A stretch of DNA of 64,000 bases from Setoptus koraiensis (lineage: Eukaryota > Animalia > Arthropoda): assembly GCA_048013815.1 (NCBI GenBank), contig CM106586.1, positions 5,766,001-5,830,000 of the forward strand, in the 5' to 3' direction. The translations under genes and the position numbers were made by a program. Below are positions 26,136 to 40,746 of the stretch, piece by piece; position 1 is the first letter of the stretch, and each line of letters opens with the position of its first letter. The notes below the pieces were generated by a model. It did no database searches. It was not told where the DNA came from and was given only the letters and a program-made list of their open reading frames with translations.

Positions 26136-27727
26136 TTGATGATATTTTTTAGTAGTTGTCTTGGTTGCAATATATTCTTCATATGTTGAATGATGTCAAT
26201 ATCAACTACTGTGCTTGTGCGACAACGAATTACATGATTATAATAATAATGATAATAATAAGTGTGTGTGTGCAACTGATAATGGGCGACGCGGCAATAG
26301 TGTGACAATTTGATAATAATAATAATAAAAAATATACCAATAGTGTTGGATTGGTTTATTAATGATAATATTGGTTTAGTTTGTCAATGTGTGTCGATGA
26401 TGACGCTGGCGCTGATGATATGTCATTATTTGATTTTTGATGCTGACGCTGTTGTTGATGTTGGCGGTGATAAGGATTTCTGTTGTGTTGGCGAGCGATT
26501 CTTTGACATTGTCGAACATTGTTGTTGCGATCGCATGTATTGATGTGGCGCATAGGTAATCTTACAATTTGTTAGCAATGTGGCGGCCGCCGAGGAAACA
26601 TGTCGTAGTGGATGTTGCGGTTGACAAATATTAATAATAGAATAATAATATCAATATAAATAGCTAGTGATGGTGGTTTTCAAGATGTCGAATATGCATC
26701 ATATTATTGGGTGGCAGTTTGCACACACAACAGTGATGCTGTTGATTAATACAGTATTATTATATTAGTCAGTGCGAGTGTATGCACACAGCGCCACAAC
26801 AGTGCTAGTGAGCGACAGCGGAGAGAGATTTGGTGATTCAAAACAGAAGAAACACACAGAGAAATAAACGCACATAAGAGACACAAAAGGGAAAGCTGAA
26901 TAGCAAGTAGCCTGTGCGTCTGCCATGCACACATCGCCAGTGTGTGTGTGCGTGTTCCATTCTTCGCTTGACCGTGTGTGTGTGTGTGTGCGCTTCATAA
27001 CATGGGCATTGGCAGTGCAGCGCCAGCGAGCGTGTGCTTGCTGCAATACAGTTGCCGTGTCTCTGGTGGACGTTTGATAGTTCTATAAAATCCACCGCTG
27101 CTTCTTCTTTCTCTCGCCCTCTGCATTATTTTGAAACGGCATAGCACAACACACACACGCACACACTGCACCATTGCAGCAGCACCATTGCAGCAGCACC
27201 ATTGCAGCGGCAGCAGCACAACAAATGGACACACACAAACGACGCCAATGCGAGCGTGCAGCAAGTTCCAGCGACTCGCTGCCAGCGAGAGTGTGAGTGT
27301 GTGCATTCGCTCGCACAGTGTCAATCGCCACAACGAAGATTAGAGGCGGCCCCTAGGCCAGTGTTTGATTGCACTTTATTTGACTGCGCCTGCGCACACA
27401 TTTACATGTCGCTAATTCTGTGTGCCCGCGCTCCTCCTACTCATCTCCATTTCTTTGCTCGTCGTCCACCACTGCGGCTGACGCCGCCGCCAGTAACTAT
27501 GGTGCCGCCGCCGCTGCATTCTATTCTGTCCGCGCGGCACCGCGGTCCGACTGCGCCAGTCGCTATAGCTGCTATAGTATAGCTGCTACAGTATAGCAGA
27601 GCCAGGGTAAAGTAGTGAACCGGGCCAACTTGTGCAACGCTCAGGCTGCAGCGCGCGCTGCCGCCCCCGTGCCCGGTCGGCTGGCGCGCCGCGCCGCTTG
27701 TGGCGGGCCGCGGGGGACGCCACCGCT

Positions 27728-27769
27728 GGCACCAGCGCACCAATAGTCGGCACCAGCGCACCAATAGTC
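27728..27769. repeat. Perfect 21-bp tandem duplication (GGCACCAGCGCACCAATAGTC x2) in a GC-rich island
   Basis: Read directly from the sequence; each unit contains CCAAT. Confidence 0.9.
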
Positions 27770-30700
27770 GGCTGGTCCGCCAACACCAATAAAGTATTGA
27801 GCGAGATAACACAGAATAGAGAGAACGGATAACTATCCGGGCTAAGGCCTACAACTAAATGCCAAATAGTTTCGCGTGCAATCATCTCATCATTGCAGCA
27901 GCACTTGGCAATGGCGACGGTCCACTTGGATGTAGCGCCGCCGCCGCCGCTCGATCGTGCGCCACCGAGAAACGTGCTCGCAAAATAGAACGCGACGCGT
28001 CGCGCGCGTTCACGTGGTGCCAGCACAACAATCATTCTAACGCTACACAACAACTGAGATAGCGGACACAAAGTAGTGGAGCGTGTGCAAAAATCATGGT
28101 CATGTGCAGCGTGTGCGCCATTGTGAGAGCGAGGCAAAAGTTCGCAAACAGTTTCCCTTTCCACTGGTATCTATTTTCTGCCTGTTAATCATCCATTCGT
28201 CAGATATGTTCGCAGATATATAATACCGCTCGCATACCTATTGTTTAATGGTAATTACTGCTACTGTATCCGCCAAGGACATCGCCAGTGTCGTGAATAC
28301 GACAGCCAGCCCAGCTACTCACACTTACGACGGGCCCGAGTGGCCGCCGAAATGCCAGTGGCCAATCTCGGCGCTAATCCGCGGCCCGAAACTCTCTCGA
28401 TACTTTAAAAGTTTTAGCCCGGATAACGCAACTGCAAAGACAATGCAACCATCGGCCGGACAATAACACATAATGCACACACACACAGAAAGGGACACAA
28501 GAATTTATGACGACAACAAGACGCCGGGCCAATAGCGGGCGCCCCAGCATCTCGTTGCCGGCCCACAACCAGGAAGTGCTTCGTGTAACCGTGAAAAGCC
28601 TTTATGTTGTTGTTGTTTATCTTTGGATTTGCCGTCCAGAGCAGTGCATACATGGAAATAATAAGAACATCTCGTTCTGTATGTGAATGAATCACCATTC
28701 AGTAAATACCGTAGCCCGAAGATAGGACACTCCTCGCGAACCGCACAATCCGCGCAGTCAACAGAAAAGAGAAAAATAAATAGAATTCTCTCAATTTCGA
28801 TATGCTCTCATTGGGAATCCTCTATACTCTAGTGCCCAATAATCGCGCGCCTTTGGGCCTGCAACATATACAAATTATGATGCTCCATCTCAAATACCAA
28901 TGTGTTAGCAGTGGCGACACCGTTAGTTGATACCAGTTGGCCTATCATTGCCGGTGCTGCTGCTGCTGTTGTTGTTGTTATTGTTGTTGTAGCCGCTGCT
29001 GTTGATGTCGCCGTTGTTGACGCTGCTGTTGATGTCTTCCTTGTTGATATTGATGTTGTGGCGACCCAGTGTTTACTCAGCACAGACTGGACCATAACAT
29101 GTTTAGAAGAAAACCGGGATTTAGTTGCTTTACTAAACTGCACACTGGTGTTGTTGCCAGCACGGACATGAATGTAATGTAATGGAGATTTGGAGAATCA
29201 TGTTCAATTCGATAATCATCAATTGATTAGTCAAGTATTTACACCTTTACACTGGTGAGCCTACCGGGCCAAATATTTGCCACTGGCCATTGTTTCGCCA
29301 TTTATAGTGGTGCCACTAAAAGCTGTTGTTGTTTGTGCTAGCTGTTTAATGGCGGCATCATTGCTAATAGTTTCAATGGTTTTTCACTAGCGTAAAATAA
29401 ACGCTTCCATCGGCAAAACAAAATTGAATAACTCAAATTAGTTTTGCTTGAGTTGAGGCCGTAATAGTCGTGATATTCATCACCGTGATCAGCATTGAAC
29501 ATTCACTAGAAAAGTTCAAAGCCTAGTCCACCGCATTCAACGGAAGCGCGTGATTTTACTAGACGTTGCTATTGTGATGCTATTGTTGTTGATGTGCTGT
29601 TTATGTCGCTGAAGTATTAGCGAAATTAATTGAGCAACAACAACGAAAATAGAGAGAAGATGAAATGTGCGCTATGAAAACAAGATGACGCAAAACGAAA
29701 TGAAATATTACCTAATGTACATTACACATCATCATATACATCAAACCATAAAATTGTGGATCTGATAGCTTCTGTATGATAGAGTATTATAGCCAGCCTT
29801 CAAGGACTTGTGTTGCGCCTCAATCAGTTGGAATGGATCACGGGATGACACATATACAGCCAGAGGCGCGGCAACTGGGGAAGAAACCATTATCGCTACT
29901 GAAAAGCTCTCACATGGGACAATTGTACCCTGTTCAAGCTATTACACTATTGAAGAGCCGGCACACCACATCCGAGGAAATTAATCCGCCACTCCTGTTT
30001 TGTAGATGGAAGAAAAATGACCGACTTACATTCGGCAACTATAGACATTCACCCTATTCAGTTTGGGTAGCGCCCACCTTGGTCATCTTTCTTCACATCT
30101 AATTGATTTGCTGGCTCAAACTAAGTGTACATATGAAGAGAGATAATAGTTGTTGGTTTTGGAAACTTAAGTGTACGCGACGATAGTTTTGTCAAATTAA
30201 AAGCGACACACAAAACTACGACGAAGACAACGGAGACGACGATGATGATATTATAATGCTACCACTACTTAACAGTCTTAGAGCAGCGATGGCGCGGCTA
30301 TTTGATGATAATGAAACAGCGACAACGATCTTATACGATGAATATCAGCCATCAGAATGTGTGCCAGGCAAGCTGAATCAACTCAAAGCTGAACATTAAA
30401 GCGACCGCTGCGGCTGAAAACAGAACAACTAAATAAGACTAGAAAATGTTTTAATCAACTGACCAAGAAGGAATTTGCATTTGCGTTTTGGATGTACGAT
30501 CTAAAGTCAACTTATCATCATGTTTATCTCTCTCACTTTATCAGCATTGTACTCTGTTACTTTATAATGGTGATGAGGAGTGAGACATCGAGAGAGGGAG
30601 AGAGAGATGGACTTTTCACACTGTCCTGCATTGTGTTTGTGGATGTATACTAATCCAATTGTTTCACCAATGAAAGATTGGTGACAGAGATTACAAGTTA

Positions 30701-33700
30701 TCGGTTCGGCCATAGGTCAAATGCGATAGTCTGATCGCTGCCATAGACCAGGTTTCGTCGAATAATTGGTGACTCATATTTACTCTACTGGGCAGTAGTA
30801 ACTTATAATGATGGCCAGAATTAAGGAATGACTTTGTGCGTTCGTGAGCGAGAGGAAGGCCGAGGTCATTAGTGCCATTAACGGTCACATCCTATTTGGA
30901 AGGGGGGATCATAAATCAACAACACATCAGGCACAACAAAGAGCTCTCGCAGATAGCAATATATATAATAGACCATCAGCATCTATATAATCAATAATAG
31001 AATCGCTGATTAGCATTAGATCACACATACTTACCATTGGATCATTACATTAACATACACTATTCATTCTAATAACACTTACATAGAATAGAAACATATG
31101 CATTTTGGTGTCGTTGGCTGTGTGGCTAAATGTTTGCATGGCGATAACTTTCGGATAAAATATACGATTCTACCAACAATGTCTTGATATTGGGCCCTGC
31201 TTGTCCCCTGATGAAAAAGTCGATAATATCTGGATAGTTGTTTGGCGTTCACCGACGCACCAACTAGGCGTCTTGATTTGCATCTGTGACAACGAGAGCA
31301 ACACGTCAGGCCTAAAGAACAAACAGCAGATGTTTGTCGGAGATAAATTGATTACAAAAGCGGCATGTACATTGGTTGGCATTGAGATTCAAAGATTGTA
31401 GCGACATATGAAGTAGGCCGAAATGTTTTTTTGTGTCGTCATAAGCAGCAAGATGTAGATCACAACGTCTTCTAAAGTCAAACTCCACTTAGCGCCACCC
31501 TCTCGCACGGTTGGTAATTTGAATGGACGTGTTAATGTCAAACTTTTCATGGTCAACTCGTCAAATTATACTCTCGCACAAATTGAACATATCAGACAGT
31601 AGATCATTTGTGTCACTATCTTGCCGTTACTGGTAGTCAGCTATTAACTAATGAGTAATATTAGCACTTAAGTCAATTTGATCAATTAGCTAGAGAACAT
31701 TGCACCCCAACCACAAATAAAGATAGTCATTTAACAAGACATGATGATGTAGTTGCAAGCTCATCATTAAAGGATATCATCAATTGTAGGTAAGTATGAC
31801 ATAATAAAAATAGATGTGCTAGATAGATAACAAGTCAGCTTTTCCGTCGGTTGGCCAACGATTTCATTGAATTGATATGTCTTTATCTCCGGCCCGCGCT
31901 AACTAACAAGCTACTTTGATGCCCGAGAGAAACGATTTCGTCATGAATGTGCGTTGATGATATTTGATCATACTAACATCGGCTCATGTAACCGAAACAC
32001 ATGTCTATCATTTATCTCCCTCATCATGTCTAGCTTATTGACTAGCATCACAGATTAAGATGGCCACAGTAAAAAGACATTCTATTTGGAGGGGCGAAAA
32101 GTTTCTAATTACTACTGATGTAAAATTACGTATCATTTTCCATTAGCACATGATCACTAGTAAACAAAATGATCGGTTATCGTCGCCTATTTGGTTGCTG
32201 TGTAATTGTGTATGAATAAGTATAACAAGTATGAATAATAATATAACCATTGCAAGTTTACGTCTATTTTGAATCAAAGCAAACGCATGGAAAGACATGT
32301 ACTTGTTATAGACATCAATTTTCAAAAATATGGCCTTTTATGGTACGCAGCGGACGATTAATAATTTGTACATCGACTAACCGGAAGTGAATTTAGTCCA
32401 GCCATTGCGCCGATGCAACCAACTCTCTTTATTGTGACAACACAAAACAGCAACTTTTTCTCTCTTTATTTTCGCGACTACATTTTGATAGTACAAAGAT
32501 AAGAAAGAAGAATTGACGCCCTTAGTAGCTGTCTATTGTTGTGTATGAATATTAAGGCACCGAATGAATAGGATGGCACAAACACACCGACACAAACACA
32601 CGCATCTATTGCAATTGCAGCGATACGCAACACTAGATAGATGACTATTGTGATACTATCAATGACGGCGGACCTAAATTGATGTAGTGCTCCCACCATT
32701 AGATTGCACGCTGTTAGTTGTGATGAATATCAGCATCATATTAAAGGCCGACACGCTCTCGTTGGCCGTGCGATCTATTGGTATAAGGAGTGAAAACAAT
32801 TGCTATAAGTAATAATAATATTAAGTAAAGTTTTCACGCAACAACCGAGCGTCGGAGGTAATCTTGGAAACACCCATACTGGCATACAGAAGCCTGTAGA
32901 GACTGCTTGTTTGTTGGTCACAACAACTGCACAGTGCTTAGATTATGCCACAAAGAAAAAGGAGACGACAGACAGGAGACTAATGTAACATCAACATGAC
33001 GATTGATTCCTTTCTTTCTGGTCTTTTCATACCGAACCGTTATATTGGCTGGTTGAGTGCGAGATCACAGTTTTCTTGTTTATCGTTGGCGCTGTCTGAT
33101 GCCATAGTCAGTGTATCGTTTTGGAGGTGGAGGAGGTGGCGGTGAAAAGAACTTGAGACTGCTCGCCTAATCCCCCGGCCCACACAAACACATCTCTGGT
33201 GGTGCCACGATACCATGGCGACCATCGAAACAAACCAACAATGGCGTTAGTACCCTGAAGAATGTTCCTTCAATCAGCGACCATGGTGAAGGAATTATCT
33301 GTCCGTCCTGAAAAAGGACATGAAAATTAGACACTGGATATGTTGTAGTGTTGTTGGCATTGGCGATATCAGTAAGTATCAGTGAATTGATTGAACATTG
33401 GCCATTATCAACAACAACAACAGCAAGGGCAACATCATCGCGCACACAACAAGTGAATTGGAACTGTTCGAGCTTAGTGTTCGAGACAACAAAATGCACT
33501 TGATCGCAATTGCGCAATATATACAAACAACAAACTTTATGGCACTTGCAATGGGAAGCCTCTGCCCATTGCAAGTTTGCCCCGATAGGGATTTGCCGAT
33601 GTTTAGCAGCGTTTTGTGTCCATATGTTATATGTTGAAATGTTCCAAAGTGCCAAAGTGTTCGCCGCGGACTACTAATATTATCCAATATTATCACATTG

Positions 33701-34360
33701 GTATTAACAGTGTTGTCCGTTGTTGTGTTTGTTGAATACTGTTGTTATGCATGTGTAACCACCAACACAATATATGTATATACATATATTTTGTTTACTA
33801 TAGACTGGACTAGATTTGTCTATTATATAAACATCATAAAATGATCATGCTCATCACTGTTTTACTAACGACCTAACTAGGCACCAGTTCATTTGCTTTC
33901 AAATCTTTCGAACGCTGCCCCGCGCGTAGGACAACAACCAACAACAACATCAATTTTAGCTAACGCTTTGGGATTCAACTATGCCACTACTCCGACAACG
34001 AATGGCGACTGAATGACTGGCCAATTGTGAGCCCGGCCACTACCATACGACGAGCAAGGCGAGAATAGGCGATAAAACTGAGCCGCCATCACCAATTAAA
34101 TGACAAGTCACAGACAAGCCAAAGTTAAATGGTTGACTTTGGAGCGAACAGTTGCGAGTTATAGAACACACACAATTATGTTATGTTTATGTGGCCATTT
34201 GCAGTGGATAGTCTAATGAGCCTTGAATAGTTGGTTGGCAAACAATGGTCGTTAGAACGACAACGACAGCCTCAACAACCACAACAACAACGGCAATCAT
34301 TTGACAATTATTTTTATTGTCTTTGTGTCATAGGAATAAGTGAAAAGTTCTCCCCGAAAT

Positions 34361-34395
34361 TGATTAAAACAGATAATGATAATCTGTTTTAATCA
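34361..34395. repeat. Perfect 14-bp inverted repeat with a 7-nt spacer
   Basis: TGATTAAAACAGAT-aatgata-ATCTGTTTTAATCA. Confidence 0.9.
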
Positions 34396-37300
34396 TCATC
34401 ATCATTGAGTCTTTCTCTTTGGCAAGACGCTAATCACTGAGACGGAACAAAGACGGCAGCGTCGACAGCAATTTGTTCGCTATCGCAGATCGTTGCATAA
34501 CAATGTTGATAATTAATTATTGTAAACTTTTAGCTTTCTATCATATGAATCTAACGCAAAGCTCAAACAAAGTTCACAAACTCACGCGCTAATAAAGAAG
34601 CTGTTAGCCTCGATTAAAAGCTGCAAACCAACGACAGCCAGCTCGCAAGCTATCTAATCTGGTCGCGTAACAGCAAATATTAATAATAATTATGGTGGCT
34701 CACCACAGACACTAGTCAACACAATGTATATGACCCGTGTACAAGCAGCAAATTCCAGCAAACAAAGATAAACACACAAGAGGCGCACTAATAGCAATAA
34801 AACGATGTTGCCCAATACCACAACTTTGTAACCATAATACCGTCCAGGACGAAGGTGATGCGAGCACTGTGATTAGCATAATTTAGCACTTTTATTTTTT
34901 TATTTAACAGCCCAACAGTGCAAAAATAACAGTGCAAAAACAACAGTGCAATCTCGAGCCGATGTTTCAGTGATAGCAATGGCAGTAGTAGGAGTGCGTT
35001 GTCCTCAGAATTGTCCCGTGATCATCCCGTCACATCAGAGAGATCACATCGCAATATAAGTGGCACACATATCAGGGGAGATTATCGGAGAATCTGATGA
35101 TGATAAAGTTTTAATTCTTTCTTTAGTGTGTGTACTCCAGTGCTCTAGTGTCTGATGGCACTCACACAACGGTTGTTTGCCTGAGCTGGGGTCGCTGCCG
35201 AACGCTAATCATTGTGGACGATCATAAAGATTACTGTGATTGATACACAGATACAGAGCGAGATGACGGCCAATAAAAATGGCATGCCAGAGAGAAGGTT
35301 CAATCGGTGCCATTGAAATGAATTATTGAGAGAGATTGAATTGAGAGATTTTCGCTTCGCTCTCTCTCTCTCTATCTTTTCTGCCCTGCATGACTCTGTG
35401 TGTGCGCCTGTCTCTATCTGTTTGTATCGGTGCGATTATGGAATGATTAAGATAGACAACAAATGATAACAACAATATTCTTATTCATCAAGCCTCGACG
35501 ATTATTGGACATAGCGATCTGAGCAGCAAAAGTTTAAACGAGCCCAAATGCAGACACACAGAGAAGAAAACATAAACAACAACGAGGGCTGCCATTAGCA
35601 ACGCCAGAGAGCAGCTTGATGATGAGAGTAAAGTGAGTTTACTTTTTTGTATAAGCATGTAGCACCAATAATTTAATTTGGTTTGCAAGACGAAACAACA
35701 ACAGCAACAGCAAGCAAAAAGTTGCGAGCATTGCCCGTCGCTTGGGTCGCTAGTCGCTACGAGCAATTTGCCAGTAGCTAGTTTGTTAGTCGCCGTCTAG
35801 AACAACAAGCAACCAATTATGAGCTTGCTAGTATGTTTACTTTGTGGCCCGATGTGTCTAGCGAGCGACTGATGATGGCATATAGATGATACAACTTGTG
35901 TGTTTAAACAGGAGATAAACTTATCCGCTGCTAACTGTATTATTATTATTATTATTACTATTATACTGTTATTGCAAGCGTATGTGGCACGCGGGATCTC
36001 TCGACATGGCGCGAAAGCCATAATGCTTGGCTACTGTTATACTATCTACATGTATTATCTGTATAATATCCAATGTGATACCATCTAGTCACTAGATTCT
36101 AGTGGATATCAAGTAGTGGATATCTGTCCGTTTGTCTGTCAGTCAGCCAAATTCAATTGTGTTTCATGCGGCATGGAGTCTTAATTGTCTTAATTGCATA
36201 AACAGAATAACTGTACTTACATTTGGACCACCTTTGGGATAATAATGATGCCAGCGCTAAATGCTTTCGCATCTGCATACAAACAAATGCTACAAACAGA
36301 CGTAATTAGTGAATTGCAATTATAAACGGCTTTGCATCGTGTTTGGCCCAATACAACTTGAGCAATATCAACGAGAGCCGTTAATCCGAGCTAATTCTTT
36401 TATTTACAACTGCTGGCGATAGTAGCGACACGATGAAACAGAGAAGCCTAATCTGAAATAATCTTGTGCCGTTGTCGGCCAACATTTTGCATTGGCCCAA
36501 TAGCACACACACAGAGCGAGAGATGGGGTAATGGTGCCGTGGCAGCGGTGCCAATGTGGCAGGTGGATTTACGATCAGGTGAGCCAAACAAAGGAATGTA
36601 ATCAATTATGCAGTTGTTGTTGTTGGTGCAAATATTGTTGTTTGGCCCAAGTGGCCAGAGGTTAGACAATGGTCTCCACGGGAATCGCACACCACACTCA
36701 TGATGGCCATTTATTTATTATCTGCTAATGATAATGGTAACAAACAAACACTTGGATTGGTGGCCCGCAAACAAGCCCTGGTCAGAGGCGACGGTCACAC
36801 CGAGCATGGTCACAGCCACCGCCGCGGCCATCGCCACGACCATCGCCAGGCTCAACAGGACAGTGTGTTTGTCCGTGAATATTGATCGTCTGGCACACAA
36901 ACATGGTCAGTGTGTGGCGCACAATTGACACAAGAAAAAGATTAACTGACACCGAAGCGAACAACAACAGCAAAACAAACAGTTAGACACAGCACGCGAC
37001 TTGTTGTCGGCCAAAGTCGGCCAAACAGCCAACTGCCAAACACCGTTCCCGCGAAACCGACTGCAAAATGCAACTGACACTTGTAAGCTAACAAGCCCGC
37101 CATCGGTATGCAAAACAGTTGCGCAACTAAGCCAGAGATTAATGATGACTCATCATAGACACTCTTATTCACGCTTCGCTAATTCACACTTAACCGGGCC
37201 AATTGTTACTGTGAACTTACTGGGTCGAGATTGCGCGCAACTGCCACCAACAACCATCCATTATCGAGCACACCTCCAACTGACTTCCGGCCGGCAACTA

Positions 37301-40300
37301 TCAGCCAAGTTTACATTTCGCTTTGGGACCCCTCTCCCTCCCTCTCTGTTTGTCGCCAGTGAGCATGGTCGAATGTGCAGAATAGTAAAATATGCACTCA
37401 AACTTAAATTTTACTCCAACAAGATCGTACAATCGCAGACCACCGTGCTAGTCCGAGTCGGACCTCTGAACTCGTCGAGGGTCGTCCGTGTCCGCCAAAG
37501 GAACTCGCTGTTTGCCCCGTAGACGCGCTGCAGATTCTTTGCGCGTCCATCATGGGACACGAGACAACACAAATGATGAAGCCACCAATTTGGCAATTAG
37601 GTGTGAACATTGGCTGGTGTCTTGTGTGAATCGCACGACAAACAGAAACAAAAGTTTGCCTCGGCCCACAAGTTGAGACAAGCTAGCCAGACAGTTCAGT
37701 TACATGCCGGTGCCAAAACTATTATTGGCTCGTCTGTCACTTGCCCAATTGAATGAGTTAGAATTTAACACCTTGAGAGAGGAGTTTTGTTGTTGCTGTC
37801 GTTGCTGTTGTTGTTGCTGTTGTTTTGTTAGCCTTCTTTCAACTCAATTGGCCCAATGTGCGTCTGTGTGCCTAATTGTCGGACTGTATGGTTAAAAGTT
37901 GATTCATAGCCTGGCAGCGTCGCCTCGCATACTCACACTCAGCGGATGATGATTATTGGAATTCTTTTATTCTTTTCTTCTCTTTCTCTCTTCTATTCTT
38001 TGCTGCCGCTCAAAGCGAAGCACAATGTCAGTAGAATGCTGTTGCTGGTCTAATTAGGGCCACATACAACACACGCTGTAAACAGCAGCACTGGCAACAC
38101 TGGCAACAACAACAACAACCACCACAACTACAACAACCACAACAGCGACAGGAATAGAGGCGAGCAGCAAAAGTTAATTCGGAGGAAACTTAATGGCGCA
38201 TAAACTGCGATTCTGTGCTGTTGCTGAAAAAGAATCGCGTGCTTCCATTTGCTACTACAAGCTGAATGCAGCACGAAGGAGAAGAAAAAGAAGCAACCAA
38301 AAGAAGCTGCTTCTATTGGCGCTCTGGTGGTGGCGATTCTCACGACTTTGTTTGCACACAACAGCAACTGACATGCTCGCCAGTATCACTGGCATCACCA
38401 ACTACAGGTTTCTGCAACTTTTATCAATGCCACTCATGATTAGTTAGGTTAGTTATGTTGCCCTAATGCTGCTCTAATGTTGCTCTGATACGTTTGCGTT
38501 CGAGCCTTCACAGAGCCTGGTCACTCTTGGTCAGCATCGGCATTAATTAATATTTTCTACACACTCATCAGGTTGGTGCGAGCCACTACCACTTTTATCA
38601 TCATTCTATCGTTGGGATGATGATTGCTCGGAATTCTTTCAAAATCAGTTCATGAGATGTTGCGACTTGGCGAGTGTGTGTGGCATTCAGTGTTTTTTTT
38701 TTATTAATTCAAGGTGTCTGTTGCCGATAAAAACATTGAAATGGTTCAGTCAAAGTGGTTGCTGGTTGCAGTGCAGCGTTGATTGGACGTTGAAAAGCAA
38801 CAAGAGATAAAGAGAAAAAGACGCAAGTGTTGATTTGTTTGAAGATTTGCACTGCAATGGCCGATAAGTGTATGCGCACTGCGGGCCAACAACAGCAACA
38901 AGCCATAAAGCACATATTATTATTGCGTAATATTTTAGGCAGGCTCAAATGCGGACGCACACACTCACTATCCGAGATAATTAACTAACTCATACTTGAT
39001 ATTATTTATGTAATAACATTATTATGCACAAACAATGCCAGCATGTGATTTAGCAGCAGCCAATTGTGCAGTATTTTATATAATATTATGTAATATTATT
39101 ATAATATTATATGATGATGCGGCTAGGCAAACTTGACCGGTGTATAGTGACCGCGCATATGCAGTAGGGATAACATAATGTATGTAGTGTGCATGAGGAC
39201 ATTGTGCAAATTGTCGTTGCGTCGTTGTCAGTCAGCCAGTCGCCAGTCATTCAGTCAGTCAGTCGCCAGTCATCAGTCAGCTAGACAGCCAGACAGCATG
39301 GTAAACAACGAAATGAGGGAGAGAGAGACTGAACCAACGAGGCAAGCTTGCCATCTTTGTCAGTCAGTCGTGTGTCAGTTTGCTGAGCGCTCGCGGGCAA
39401 CAGTAGTGATTGCGTAATAAGCTAGCAATTCCATTTGAGTGTAGCTATTTTCCTCGACAACTTCACATGGTTACATGTAATGTAGTTGTTGTTGTTGTTG
39501 TCGTTGCTATTATGTGGTGGCTAGTACACAACACAACAACCATTGCAACAACTTGCAAAAACAGTGAGTGCCGGCCAAACTGCTTCTGGCGCGGCCATGT
39601 TGTCGTTTGCAGCAGCGCTGACTGAAATGGAATTTTCAACTGGCTCGCCTGGCAACACCTACCTGTTGTTGGCATGAGAGTGAAAAGTCATTTGCAAAAC
39701 ACAATTCATTGCCAGCGTGCGTTTGTTGGCCGATGCGTTAGCCTCGTCAAAGGCTATCATCATTATCGACTCCACTAATTGTGTGTGTGTCTCTTTTATT
39801 CCCAGAATTCCAGCTACTACACATGGCGCTGTTACGTAACTCGAGCGCGCGTTGCTGTTGTTGTTGCTGTTGTTGTTGCTGTTGTTGTTGCCTGTTGCCT
39901 GTTGCAACAGGCAACAACAACGGCCGAGCCAAAGTCTTTGTCCAGTTGCTGTTGTTGGCGGCCACCGGAGTTTGCCGGTGTCAGCTTCGGCGGTGTGGCC
40001 AGCAAACCATGCGATACGATACCGACAGACAGCGGCCGACAACAATGACTCTTATTGGACAGTGTTGGTTAGTTTGTTGCAAGCACGACATCGTCGCCAG
40101 CTTCACCACTGCTGACCATTGCTGATCACTTCTGGCGGCCAAACTGATAGAGTTCACCCGATCCAATGCACCCGCAAAGCGATCAGATGGATAAAAAACA
40201 GTAATGAGGCATCTGACATTAGTTGGCCGCCAACGAAACTGTGTCTCGCAACAACCACCAAAAGTGTTGTCCAGTCGCCATAGTGGCAGCGTGCTCATTA

Positions 40301-40746
40301 TTATGTAATCCAATCAGCATTGTACCCAGCGGGTAGTTGGCTCCAAGTTGACAAATGACACATAAGTGTCACCGGTGTCTGAGATGCTGTTTGGATGAAA
40401 ATTATTATTCGAGTATTGTCATTATACGCTAACGATACTAGTAAAATAGTATAAAAAGTATCGGCCATTGGAGTGGCGCCATCTTGTGATCACTATACGG
40501 GCGTGCATTTTAAATTGATTCAAAAAATAAAGAGCGCGAAAAAGTTTCACCATTGATAGTCACTTCTAACAGATCAGGTCATTTACAGAAACAACAATTA
40601 GACTCTAATTGTTGTTTATTGTCTCTAGTAATTGTTTGTTAAATTATGCTTCCTCTGTCGCTGCTGTTATGTTACAACAACAACATATCGACACGATTTT
40701 ACATTGTTTTTCGTCTTTTGTTTGCTCTCTCTCTCTCTCCCTCTCT

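Noticed and set aside
29760-29960. LEQGTIVPCES...SSPVAAPL, resembling the start of a gypsy reverse transcriptase
   Set aside because: It coincides with a local near-palindrome (GGGACAATTGTACCC), has no downstream RT motifs, and the frame is short
26600-40400. Many 60-190 aa ORFs in the gene desert (e.g. 27586-28164, 33167-33655, 37001-37522)
   Set aside because: Low-complexity translations of CA/TG/CAA repeats or GC-rich DNA, overlapping on both strands, with no domain motifs
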